From Macrostomum lignano (lineage: Eukaryota), in contig NIVC01000800.1 of NCBI GenBank assembly GCA_002269645.1, positions 124,001 through 188,000 on the forward strand: DNA of 64,000 bases, written 5' to 3'. The notes below the pieces were generated by a model. It saw only the letters and a program-made list of their open reading frames with translations, was not told the DNA's origin and ran no database searches. Made by a program: the position numbers and the translations under genes. How positions within the stretch are numbered: the first letter of the stretch is position 1; every line of letters begins with the position of its first letter. Below, in pieces: positions 23,295 to 35,979 of this stretch.

Positions 23295-24869
23295 CTACCA
23301 CCAGTCAATGATGTGACATGCTGATATTTCGAGATTCAATTGGGATGCTCATAGATAGCTCGTATCTTAGGTTTTCGAAAGCTGCTTCTCAGAGCTAAAG
23401 CGTTCTGCTTTTAAATTTATCTTTATGAAGCCAGCAATATTGACTCCGAGCGTAATTTTTTGAAAACAATATTGTCCCTAAATTGTAGCCCCTGCACAAC
23501 AATGTCGACTTTTTGGGAGTAAGAAAGTGGCTTTATGCTGTTTTCCATGATAGAATAGCCGGTTGGTCGAAAAGTACAATCGAAAATAATGACAGTGGCT
23601 TCACAACATCCTGATTTTATTGATGAATTCCAATTTCATTAATAATCTGTTTTGTAATTCTACCTATGTGATTTATTCGGGAATTACGGGCTTCCGGGGT
23701 CAAACAACACGCAGCAAGGAAAAGAATTCGGAGGACTCAACATTCTGTATAAATAACCCACTAAATATATAATTTCATTGAAAACAAAAAGGAAGGAAAA
23801 CAGTCCCTGAAGTGCACATATAGATTTAGCTGACTATTTTGCTTTCATTTTGAAAACACCACCCCCAACTGTGTCGCTGCAGAAGCTCTGAAAGCCCCCC
23901 CCCCGTCGGGAACCGATCTGGACTGCATGGTAGCGGAAAGGCAATCTTCTTGCGCTTTGAAAAGGCGCCGCTCTCCCTCTCCTTGGGGGAATAGGGATCT
24001 GGTGGGTCGTATCTTCCTCAGCGGCATACCATGAGCTGGCGCTGGTTGCTGCAACTTGTGCGGCCGTCCTGTGGGGCGAAATTGGATTTCTTTACTGCAC
24101 CGCACGGGGGATTCTCGGCGGTGCTCCGCTTTTATTACAGAAGCATGGGAGCCAATTATGTAAAAAAAGTTCTCTCTGGCGATCTGGGCGCGCTGACAGT
24201 CTGACTTCTGAGGCTTTCCAATGCAAATTGTAACTGCATTTTGCTTCCTCCTTCCATTCTGTAACTCGTCATAAATTTGAACCGTGTGCTCATTAAAAAA
24301 TTCGAGAGCTCGATCAGGTTCTCAAAACTTAAGCGGGAACAAACTCCCACAAAGAACCAACTACGATTAATGATAGGACCTTTCGTCAGGAAGACTGCGA
24401 ACTAGTCAATTTCATATTTTAATATCTAGCAGTGATATTTTATGTTATCCCCCGTTCCCCAGGTCATGGATGCAGCCAAGTTGTAGCCTGTAGTGCTAGC
24501 GGACCCAGCATTCGAATGAGTTTTTTCCTCAAGGCCAGCTGTGTCATTAATCTTAGAATGAAATCACAGCGCTTTTTAAAATGGGTATATTATTTGTCTC
24601 CATGGATGCTTTGTGTTCTGCAAATTTCCTATTCCAAAACCTATTCCAACCAATCTATCTAAAGTACGAACGAAGATTTAGCAAACTTCTCCGGAACTCG
24701 AGAACCCTCGAATAGAAGTGGTTTTGAAGTTTTGAAGAAAGCTTAGAACTTTTCGGTACCGGTTGGGATCTACTGATGGGATATGGGTCAGACTTCGGAC
24801 CAAAAGAAAAGGGACTGTCGATAGCATCAGTATTCCCCGGGAGTGGCTCGGACTTCAATTTGATTTCCT

Positions 24870-25070
24870 CGGCTTTGCCACCCAAACCCATTGCGAGATG
24901 TGGAGTAGAGTGTCACTGAGAGGCAATCTGAGTTTGAACCGGTGTGAACTGAAGCAATGCAGAGTTAAGTGTCTTGCTCAAGGATACAAATTGTTCCGAT
25001 TGGATCGAGAATCGAACCCCTGACCTTTCAGTCGTGAGTCCGACGCTCTTAACCACTAGGCTACAACCCC
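24870..25070 (-). mobile_element. tRNA-derived SINE (family B) with CORE/MIR-like motif
   Basis: Minus strand GGGGTTGTAGCCTAGTGGTTAAGAGCG...GGTTCGATTC followed by TATCCTTGAGCAAGACACTTAAC, resembling the CORE-SINE TGACCTTGGGCAAGTCACTTAAC. No intact acceptor stem. Confidence 0.7.
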
Positions 25071-25150
25071 TTACAAGGGGATGGGAATGCATAGTTCGGT
25101 ATAGTATAGAATAAGTTGGAAACCATTGTTGCCTTCTTAGGTGCTTACAC

Positions 25151-25942
25151 GAGCATTTCTCATGGACACAGCCGATTCTTTATGATGTAGCGAGCATTTC
25201 TCATGGACACAGCCGATTCTTTATGATGTATCGAGCATTTCTCATGGACACAGCCGATTCTTTATGATGTAGCGAGCATTTCTCATCGACACAGCCGATT
25301 CTTTATGATGTAGCGAGCATTTCTCATGGACACAGCCGATTCTTTATGATGTATCGAGCATTTCTCATGGACACAGCCGATTCTTTATGATGTAGCGAGC
25401 ATTTCTCATCGACACAGCCGATTCTGCATGACGTAGCGAGCATTTCTCATGGACACAGCCGATTCTGCATGACGTAGCGAGCCTTTCTCATGGACACAGC
25501 CGATTCTGCATGACGTAGCGAGCATTTCTCATGGACACAGCCGATCCTGCATGACGTAGCGAGCATTTCTCATGGACACAGCCGATCCTGCATGACGTAG
25601 CGAGCATTTCTCATGGACACAGCCGATTCTGCATGACGTAGCGAGCATTTCTCATGGACACAGCCGATTCTGCATGACGTAGCGAGCATTTCTCATCGAC
25701 ACAGCCGATTCTGCATGACGTAGCGAGCATTTCTCATGGACACAGCCGATTCTGCATGACGTAGCGAGCATTTCTCATGGACACAGCCGATCCTGCATGA
25801 CGTAGCGAGCATTTCTCATGGACACAGCCGATTCTTTATGATGTAGCGAGCATTTCTCATGGACACAGCCGATCCTGAATGACGTAGCGAGCATTTCTCA
25901 TGGACACAGCCGATTTTTCATGACAGCGAGCATTTCTCATGG
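25151..25942. repeat. 41-bp minisatellite, about 19 units
   Basis: GAGCATTTCTCATGGACACAGCCGATTCT(TTATGATG/GCATGACG)TAGC. Confidence 0.97.
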
Positions 25943-26667
25943 TCAAATCTGATTCTAAAAACAGTTCAGTGTTGGTTTTTCGTCGTGTCTAAGTAAACCA
26001 AAATCTCAATCCCCTTTTACCTGCCAGTCGACCCTCAGTCACTTATAGATACCAACTCTTTGAAAAGATCACCAAAACAGGAAATCGACAGCCGTAATAT
26101 CTTATCAACTTCCGGTGGGGGCTGGCACAGTCAAACTTTGCTAAGAAATCGATGAGAGCTGCTACCCTCATGAAGAAAGGTATAAGAGCATCATAAACTA
26201 ACGGTAGAATCCCAAAAAAGTAATTGCGAACATCTAAAAGTGCATACGGCTCAAACGTGCAGAGTTGCTTGATTGAATATTCGAGTCCCAACTGCCCTGG
26301 AGTTGATGGGTGGCGCTTGAACAGAATTTTAAATATTTATCAGGCCCCGCTCTCAAACAGGAAGACTGGAGAAAATTATGTGCTCAGATCTGATTTTCAC
26401 TCAGCGTTGCCCCAGCATTCTCTGCATCCCTCCGTCTCCTTACTCTGTCATTTTGCAAGCAGGTGACTAATGACCTGGACGGATTTTGAAAGCTCAGAAT
26501 GCACAGTTCCCTATATTTTCAGAGCAGTGTTGCAATCTAGCATCAATCTTTATCTCAAACTGACTCAGTCGGTTCGCAAATTTCTCAACTGGAAAGCTCA
26601 TCTACTAAATAATGAAAACCTTTTGTCGTCTTTTGTTTCGAGCGAGCAAGTTAAAGCAGTGGGTTCT

Positions 26668-26875
<208 letters not shown>

Positions 26876-27317
26876 GAGCTGGCAGAGGGTGAACTCCCCA
26901 GTAAGATCAGGGCTGAATAATTCATCAGCAGCAAGAAGAGACGCAAACGCTTCACAAGTCACATTGGCTTTCTCCTAAAAGCAGAAAAATTTGGGATTTT
27001 CGATCGCAGCACTTTCGAAGCCGCATAGAAGCGTGACAGCCGAAGCCGATATGGTGAATTCGTTTACAAGTGCTGGACAGAAAACTGCGATCGATTCCTC
27101 GTGCCTAAAGAAGTCGCAGAAATTCTACATCAGTGGCATCAATACGGCTCGCATAGTGAAGCTGCCAAGAGTATGGAGTATGGTGCTGTTACAGTGCGTA
27201 CTGTTCACGCAGAATTGTGTTTTGAATAGCACACCTGAATTGGTTGCGTCTTTTTTCAATCGAATTCTTTTTTACCATTGACAAGTTCTTCGATTTCAGG
27301 ACGTCTCAGATTTGACT

Positions 27318-27730
27318 CAATGGTATGAATTTGTCTCTGGTATGAATTTGTCTCTGGTTATCAAATTGTCTATGGTATCAATTTGTCTATGGTATCAAAT
27401 TGTCTATGGTATCAATTTGTCTATGGTATCAATTTGTCTATGGTATCAAATTGTCTATGGTATCAATTTGTCTATGGTATCAAATTGTCTATGGTATCAA
27501 TTTGTCTATGGTATCAATTTGTCTATGGTATCAATTTGTCTATGGTATCAATTTGTCTATGGTATCTAATTGTCCATGGTATCAAATTGTCTATGGTATC
27601 AAATTGTCTATGGTATCAATTTGTCTATGGTATCAATTTGTCTCTGGTTATCAATTTGTCTATGGTATCAATTTGTCTATGGTATCAAATTGTCTATGGT
27701 ATCAATTTGTCTATGGTATCAATTTGTCTA
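27318..27730. repeat. 17-bp minisatellite ATGGTATCAA(T/A)TTGTCT, about 24 units
   Basis: Direct reading. Confidence 0.97.
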
Positions 27731-27924
27731 CTGCTTCCTATTCAGCTCCAAAGCCTCTGGAAGCAAATTCGGTACTTCGAATGCTGCAGTTTTTTTGTTG
27801 ATCAACTGCTTTGCGCCGCAACAGCGAAAGGGAGGGCCATAAATAAAATAATATGGCACTGCAGAGCACTGCCTCCCGGCTTTTCTGTGTACTTTAGCTT
27901 GGAAACGGTTTTCAATTGTTTCTA

Positions 27925-28842
<918 letters not shown>

Positions 28843-29321
28843 TCAAACGCGACCGGAGCGCATTCTGAGGCCGGCCACCTCCCCAATGGCTGTCCTGCAG
28901 TCAAATATCTAATCGAGCTCTCCCAGAGAAATCAAGAAGGACGAGAAGCGAAGAGGAGCTGGTTGAGTCTGCAACACCCGCTATAAACCCAGCTCTTTGC
29001 ATGTTTAGCCTTGAAAATTTAATAATAACGCAATCCGAAATTGAAACAGGCCTTTCAATCAGCAATTTCATCAGTAATTTCATCATCACATCTTGATGCA
29101 AGGCTATTGGTAAGTTAATTAGAGGCTAGGGTACTCAATTAGGTAGGATTCGAAATCCAGCAGGCAAAAATTGCTCAAGTGTTTTTGTCTTATTTTTTAA
29201 TTATAATTTACTCTTAATTTTAACGGTTTTTTGATTTCATGGAATTGGAGGATTTCTAAACCAGACCCGGATTCAGAGCAGCGAATCTCAAAAGCGCTTT
29301 TCTGAAGCTGAAGCCGCCCCT

Positions 29322-29697
29322 GAGGTTTAGGTTAGGGTTTTAGGGTTTAGTTTAGGGTGTTTGGCTTTAGTTTAGGGCGTTTGGGTTTAGGCTAAGGTGT
29401 TTGGGTTTAGGTTGGGGTGTTTGGGTTTAGGTTAGGGTGTTTGGGTGTTTAGTTTAGTTTAGGTAGGGTGTTAGGGTTCAGGTTAGAGTGTTAAGGCTAG
29501 GTTAGGGTGTTAGGATTTAGATTAGGGTATTAGGGTTTAGGTTGAGGGTGTTAGATCTAGGTTAGGGTGTTTGGGTTTAGGTTAGGGCGTTTGGGTTTAG
29601 GCTAGGGTGTTTGGGTTTAGGTAGGGTGTTAGGGTTTAGGTTAGGGTGTTAGGATTTAGATTAGGGTGTCAGGGTTTAGGTGAGGGTTAGGTTAGTT
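29322..29697 (+). repeat. Degenerate interstitial telomere-like (TTAGGG variant) array, about 20-bp period
   Basis: Units like TTAGGGTGTTTGGGTTTAGG; strand-asymmetric G-rich. Confidence 0.85.
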
Positions 29698-30164
29698 TCG
29701 GCAGTTAATTATCGTTCACCCTATAGTCTACTGAGCAACTTGTATACACAAATACTAGGGGCTTAGGGAAATCACAACCAGCTTCAGATAGGAGTTGAAA
29801 CCCATTAGAATCCCAGAAAATCCCGCATTAGGCCGGGCCGCGGGTCAGCCGAAGACTAAAGAAAAAAGTTTAAAAAGTTCTGACTGAAGTTTTGTGAATC
29901 CAGGTTGTGAATCCAGCGTGGCAGGTGTGCAGATGAACGAAGGTGAATCAAACGACCCGTGTAAAGTAATACGAATTGTACAAGTCTGACACTGCCGCGT
30001 GTAATTGGGTCGCGAGAGCGCGAGAGCGAGACAAGAAGGGCTAATTGGCGCTTATCAGCAAGTGTGATTGAGAATCCGACTTCAGAAATGCGGCCGCCCA
30101 GTCTTTGATCGAGACATAGAATTCTAGATTCTATGTCGAAGGACGATGGACGAGATGCGATAGG

Positions 30165-30362
30165 CATCTCGTCCATTCCCTCCCCTGAGGATTGGCATCT
30201 CGGCCATCCCCTCCCCTCAGGATTGGCATCTCGGCCATCCCCTCCCCTGAGGATTGGCATCTCGGCCATCCCCTCCCCTGAGGATTGGCATCTCGGCCAT
30301 CCCCTCCCCTGAGGATTGGCATCTCGGCCATCCCCTCCCCTGAGGATTGGCATCTCGGCCAC
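30165..30362. repeat. 31-bp minisatellite, about 6 units
   Basis: GGCATCTCGGCCATCCCCTCCCCTGAGGATT. Confidence 0.95.
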
Positions 30363-30611
30363 CCCCGTAAGCGTGGCAATTTGAAAGCTGAAGCTTCAGT
30401 CTGCCTTCATATTTTTCTCTTTTCAAAATTTAAGAAATTCCGAGCGTTAAGCTTCGACTTCAACAGGCTTATCTTTTTGACCTGTTTCGTGGGCGTCTGC
30501 TCGAAATCTCCAACTGCTAAATTTCACATTTCAAAAGGCCTGAAAATTTCCTTTGTCAATCATTTTCGACAAAGATCCGATATTTTCTGCCCGTGCGTTT
30601 GCTTTCGTTTC

Positions 30612-31128
30612 GGTACCCGGTGAAGCCGGTACCCGGTGAAGCCGGTACCCGGTGAAGCCGGTACCCGGTGAAGCCGGTACCCGGTGAAGCCGGTACCCGG
30701 TGAAGCCGGTACCCGGTGAAGCCGGTACCCGGTGAAGCCGGTACCCGGTGAAGCCGGTACCCGGTGAAGCCGGTACCCGGTGAAGCCGGTACCCGGTGAA
30801 GCCGGTACCCGGTGAAGCCGGTACCCGGTGAAGCCGGTACCCGGTGAAGCCGGTACCCGGTGAAGCCGGTACCCGGTGAAGCCGGTACCCGGTGAAGCCG
30901 GTACCCGGTGAAGCCGGTACCCGGTGAAGCCGGTACCCGGTGAAGCCGGTACCCGGTGAAGCCGGTACCCGGTGAAGCCGGTACCCGGTGAAGCCGGTAC
31001 CCGGTGAAGCCGGTACCCGGTGAAGCCGGTACCCGGTGAAGCCGGTACCCGGTGAAGCCGGTACCCAGTGAAGCCGGTACCCGGTGAAGCTGGTACCCGG
31101 TGAAGCCGGTACCCGGTGAAGCCAGTGC
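30612..31128. repeat. 16-bp CpG-rich minisatellite GCCGGTACCCGGTGAA, about 32 units
   Basis: Direct reading; nearly invariant. Confidence 0.98.
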
Positions 31129-31573
31129 CCGAAAGCTACAGCATGCAGCTGGAATGTGAAGCACTCACACTGTTGTTTATAGTATATAGCTCGTACTTTT
31201 AGTACTTTATATAGTAATTGTCAGATACATAATATTGATTAATATTGTTAATGCAAATAGCTGTGCGTATCCCTTTCTAGAAAGTTCAATAAATATTCAA
31301 TACAGTATCGTACCGATATATCTATGGTTGTTAGTTCATATCGCAAATACGCTAATACTTTAAGTGCCCCCCCCAAACTGCTCAATTTTTCATCTTGTGT
31401 ATTTCTTTTTGTTCAAACTGATAAAATATACTTAATTAAAAGAAGCAAACTTCAACAGGTTATGGGCCCAGCACGCTTCCACTGCGAGTACTTCGATGTA
31501 CTAGATCATTCTGGTAATCTGGTTGTTCGTGCCATCTGGAAACTTGATCGCTCGGTCGATCAGTTACGTTGCT

Positions 31574-33364
31574 ATGGCTGCAAGCGAAGAAAAATGGCAC
31601 ATAGAGAAGCTCACGAAGGACAATTGGATGACGTGGAAAATCCAAATGAAACATTGCTTAATCGCAAGAAGACTCTGGGGCATAGCTACCGGAGAAGATG
31701 TTCTTCAGCAAGACGCAAATGAAGCACGACGCAATGAATTCAAGGAACAGCAACAGCGAGCAGCAGCAATGATAGTTCTGTCTCTCAGCAGTGAGTACAT
31801 CTACCTTGTGACTACATGCGATGATGATCCGAGGCAGATGTGGCAAATTTTATGTGGTCATTTCGAACGTGACTCGACTGCCAACAAGTTGTTTTTGAAG
31901 AAAAAACTATTTAGACTGCAGATGACTGATGGGACTCCAGTTCAGGAGCACATTCGCTGTCTGAAGGAGTTAACTGACAAGCTGGCGTCCATTAATGCTG
32001 CTGTGTCTGACGAAGACCAGGTTGTGATTCTTCTTAGCAGTCTACCTGACAGCTACAGTCATCTGGTTACGGCTCTGGAGACCCGAAAGGAAGAGGAGCT
32101 GACTTTGCTGACGGTTCAACAAGCACTGCTTAATGAAGAAATGAAACGAAGTGAAACTATGAAATACGAATCCCGTGATTCGGAATCTGCTCTTCGTGTT
32201 GACAAATTTAAGGGACGCAGACCAATTAAGTGCTACACATGTGGCAAGGAAGGACACTTCAGTAGAGAGTGCAGGTTCAACGTGAGCAACAGGCAGCAAA
32301 ACTCAAAATCGACTCTGCATAAAGCTAAAGCTGCAGAAAGTACGAGTCATTCGAATCCGAACCTGGACAACGAGATAGCCGATAGTGCCGCTACATTTCT
32401 TACCTCTGAAGAAACTGGTCCTCAGGACACAACCGCACGGTGGATAATTGACTCTGGTGCGACAAGACATATGACCTGTCAAAGGAATGCTCTAAAAGAC
32501 TACACTGAATTCGATGAACCGGAAAATGTAGGGCTCGGAGACGGGCGAACAGTTCAAGCTTACGGAACTGGACGAGTGAACATCGTCACGAGACTCCCTG
32601 GTGGTGAGCGTTCTAACGCAGTACTTGGATCTGTACTTTTCGTACCTAGACTAGCCTGCAATCTGTTCAGTGTACGTGCGGCTACACTTAAGAACAATGT
32701 CATTCAGTTTGGTCACACTAGGTGCTGGATTCGAAACCAAACAGGGAAGCTAGTAGGCTTTGGAACACTAGTTGATCGATTGTATCAACTTGAGTGTGAT
32801 GTAGATTACAACTTAGCTACAGCTGCAGTAACGACTACAAAGTCAGAGCTCGAAACTGCCAATTTGTGGCATCATCGTCTAGGACATCTCCACAGAAATC
32901 AACTCGAACAACTATTCAAGAAAAGGTACGTCGAGGGTACTGACACTTCCATTGTGAGTGATATGAATTTCTGTGAAGCGTGCGTTGAAGGAAAGGCGCA
33001 TCGAAAGAATCACAAATCAGTCGGAGAAATTCGCTCATCAGAAGTACTGCAACTTGTGCACAGTGACATTTGTGGACCAATGCAGACGCAGTCGTTTGGC
33101 GGGAATCGATTTTTTGCGACTTTCATCGATGATTTCTCTCGCATTGTGAAGGTCTATTTTCTGAAGACTAAGTCTGAAGTCTTCCAGAAGTTTAAGGAAT
33201 TCGAAGCGCAGGTGACAAATGAGACTGAAAAAACAATAAAAGTTCTCCGAACTGATGGTGGAGGAGAGTACATGTCCAAGGAATTTTCTGCGTTTTTTAC
33301 TTGCAAAAGGAATTCGACACGAAATTTCGGTAGCCCATACACCAGAACAGAACGGTGTTGCTGA
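31574..33364 (+). CDS. Copia gag-pol, part 1 (gag, CCHC knuckle, protease, integrase N-half)
   Basis: ATG at 31574; CYTCGKEGHFSREC, WIIDSGATRHM, LWHHRLGH, LVHSDICGP, LRTDGGGEY; leaves the frame at the T6 run 33293-33298. Confidence 0.93.
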   Translation: MAASEEKWHIEKLTKDNWMTWKIQMKHCLIARRLWGIATGEDVLQQDANEARRNEFKEQQQRAAAMIVLSLSSEYIYLVTTCDDDPRQMWQILCGHFERDSTANKLFLKKKLFRLQMTDGTPVQEHIRCLKELTDKLASINAAVSDEDQVVILLSSLPDSYSHLVTALETRKEEELTLLTVQQALLNEEMKRSETMKYESRDSESALRVDKFKGRRPIKCYTCGKEGHFSRECRFNVSNRQQNSKSTLHKAKAAESTSHSNPNLDNEIADSAATFLTSEETGPQDTTARWIIDSGATRHMTCQRNALKDYTEFDEPENVGLGDGRTVQAYGTGRVNIVTRLPGGERSNAVLGSVLFVPRLACNLFSVRAATLKNNVIQFGHTRCWIRNQTGKLVGFGTLVDRLYQLECDVDYNLATAAVTTTKSELETANLWHHRLGHLHRNQLEQLFKKRYVEGTDTSIVSDMNFCEACVEGKAHRKNHKSVGEIRSSEVLQLVHSDICGPMQTQSFGGNRFFATFIDDFSRIVKVYFLKTKSEVFQKFKEFEAQVTNETEKTIKVLRTDGGGEYMSKEFSAFFTCKRNSTRNFGSPYTRTERCC

Positions 33365-35537
33365 AAGAATGAACCGTACTCTCATCGAATCTGCTAGAAC
33401 AATGATAACTCATGCTGGTCTTAGCAATGCTTATTGGGCAGAAGCCATCAACACAGCCGCGTATATCCGCAACAGAGTCCCGACGAACTCGGTAGCGCCA
33501 ATGATGACACCCTACGAAAGATGGTGTGGACGAAAGCCAAACATCTCACATCTTCGAACGTTTGGCTGTGTAGCTTATGCTCACATTCCTACAGTAGAGA
33601 GACAAAAACTTGATAAGAAGACTACCAAGCTAAGGTTCGTTGGCTACAGTGACAATCAAAAGGGCTACAGATTGTTTGACGAAAGAACTAGGAAAACAGT
33701 TGTTCGTTACGATGTCATCTTCAATGAGGGAGACTTCGGAAAGTTGAATGATTTCCAGCAGAACAATGAAAAGATAAATTCACATATGGAAGTCAACCTC
33801 GACGAGCACAACAGCCGAACAACTCCGAATGAAGAAATTGAAACTGAAATCCAACAAATTCTGCCAACGACCACGCGACAAAGGAAAACCCCAGAGCGTT
33901 TTCAATACAATGAGAACTTCGAAGTAGCTAGCCTAAGTACAACAGAGCCACAACATCGTGCTTTTCGAGCCATGGAGATTTTGGAACCCAGATCGATTGA
34001 CGAGGCTTGGAGTTGTGACAATGCGAAGGAATGGAAAGAAGCAACAGACTCGGAATACAACTCTCTGATAGAAAATGATACGTGGGAATTAGTTCCTCTT
34101 CCAGAAGGACGAAAGACTGTTGGCTGCAAGTGGGTATTCAAAGTGAAGCATGACAGCTGCAGAAACATTGAACGATTCAAAGGACGCCTGGTTGCCAAAG
34201 GGTATTCTCAACAACCTGGAGTGGATTATGACGAGACGTTTTCTCCTGTGGTAAGATTCTCATCAATCCGTACTATACTGGCATTCGCAACTCAACGAGA
34301 AATGCACATTCATCAAATGGATGTGGTCACTGCATTTCTAAACGGACATTTAACAGAAGAAATCTTCATGGATCAACCACCCGGATACGTTAAATGCGAC
34401 GAAGAGAATTTAGTCTGCAAGCTGAAAAGATCGCTATATGGTCTAAAGCAATCACCCCGGTGTTGGAACAAGGCCCTCTGTGATTACCTAATCTCGATTG
34501 GATTCAAGGAAAGTGGAGCAGACCCATGTGTGTTCACTCGCAAACTTGGAAACATGTCAATCATTGCGGTTTATGTTGACGACTTGGTGATGGCTACTGA
34601 TACTATGGATGAAATGCAGAGTATCAAGGAGGAATTCACTCGACGATTCAAGATGAAAGATATGGGAGAGCTTCATTACTGTTTAGGAGTGACAATAGTG
34701 ATTGACTCAGAGAGACGATTTCTTCAACTTCATCAGAAGCAATACATTATGCAACTACTGAAGAAGTTTAAAATGTTGGAAGCAAACCCAGCCACAACCC
34801 CAATGGATTCAAGCGTCAAGCTCGTTGAAAACGATGGCTACAGCAAATTCGTGGATCCAAAGGCCTATCAATCAATTGTAGGCAGCCTATTGTACGCAGC
34901 GATCGCTACACGGCCAGACATTGCTCAAGCAGTGGGAGCAGTATCGAAATTCAATTCCAAACCAACTGAGGCTCATCTCACCGCTGCCAAGAGAATTCTT
35001 CGATACCTGAAAGGCTCATCGGACGTCGTTCTGAAATATGAGAAGTCTGAAAGTAACGAGATCATTGGCTACTCAGACGCTGATTGGGCGTCGGACTTGG
35101 ATAGCAGACGCTCAGTCACTGGAAGTGTTTTCATTATGGCCGGTGGAGCAGTAACATGGTTAAGTCAAAAGCAAACCACGGTGGCGTTGTCAACGACAGA
35201 AGCTGAGTACATGGCCCTTGCGTCTGCGACACAGGAGGCAATATGGCTTCGTCGACTTGTAAGTGATTTGGGTGCCAATATCACTGGGTCAACTGTAATT
35301 AAGGAAGACAATCAAGGAGCCATTGCAATGTCAAAAAATCCGATTCGACACAAGCGGACAAAGCATATTGACATCCGCTATCATTTTATTCGAGATGCTA
35401 TTCAAGCTGGTACTGTGAAACTGGAATACTGTCCGACAAAGGAAATGCTGGCGGACATTCTAACAAAGCCAATTCCCAGGCATCAGTTTGAAAATCTGCG
35501 ATCAATGCTTGGTATTAAGTGTATGGATATGAATTGA
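33299..35537 (+). CDS. Copia pol, part 2 (integrase C-half, RT, RNase H)
   Basis: TPEQNGVAERMNRTL, LKRSLYGLKQSPRCW, AVYVDDL, YSDADWA, TKHIDIRYHF motifs; stop at 35537. Confidence 0.95.
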
Positions 35538-35979
35538 AGTAACTGGAGTAACTGAAGTAACTAATGTCATTGTCATCCATTTTTAATATCAGAGACTACT
35601 GAGTAATCTACCGCGATTAACTTAAATCTTCCAATGATAAGTTTCTGACAATTAAGTGGGAGTGTTGTTTATAGTATATAGCTCGTACTTTTAGTACTTT
35701 ATATAGTAATTGTCAGATACATAATATTGATTAATATTGTTAATGCAAATAGCTGTGCGTATCCCTTTCTAGAAAGTTCAATAAATATTCAATACAGTAT
35801 CGTACCGATATATCTATGGTTGTTAGTTCATATCGCAAATACGCTAATACTTTAAGTGCCCCCCCAAACTGCTCAATTTTTCATCTTGTGTATTTCTTTT
35901 TGTTCAAACTGATAAAATATACTTAATTAAAAGAAGCAAACTTCAACACACACGCCATTATCACACCGTTTTCAGAGCC

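Larger units (their letters stand above)
31171..35948 (+). mobile_element. Full-length Ty1/Copia LTR retrotransposon (4778 bp)
   Basis: LTRs 31171-31457 and 35663-35948 (TGTTG...CAACA), identical except one poly-C length; TSD CACAC both sides; PBS GGTTATGGGCCCAG at 31458; PPT ATTAAGTGGGAG; PR-IN-RT-RH order. Confidence 0.98.

Noticed and set aside
24995-25070. Functional tRNA gene
   Set aside because: A and B boxes are present but the acceptor stem does not pair and a SINE body follows; same for 6650-6725.
33285-33305. Programmed ribosomal frameshift in Copia
   Set aside because: It falls inside the integrase core, not at gag-pol; Copia elements normally have one ORF; a one-base homopolymer change explains it.
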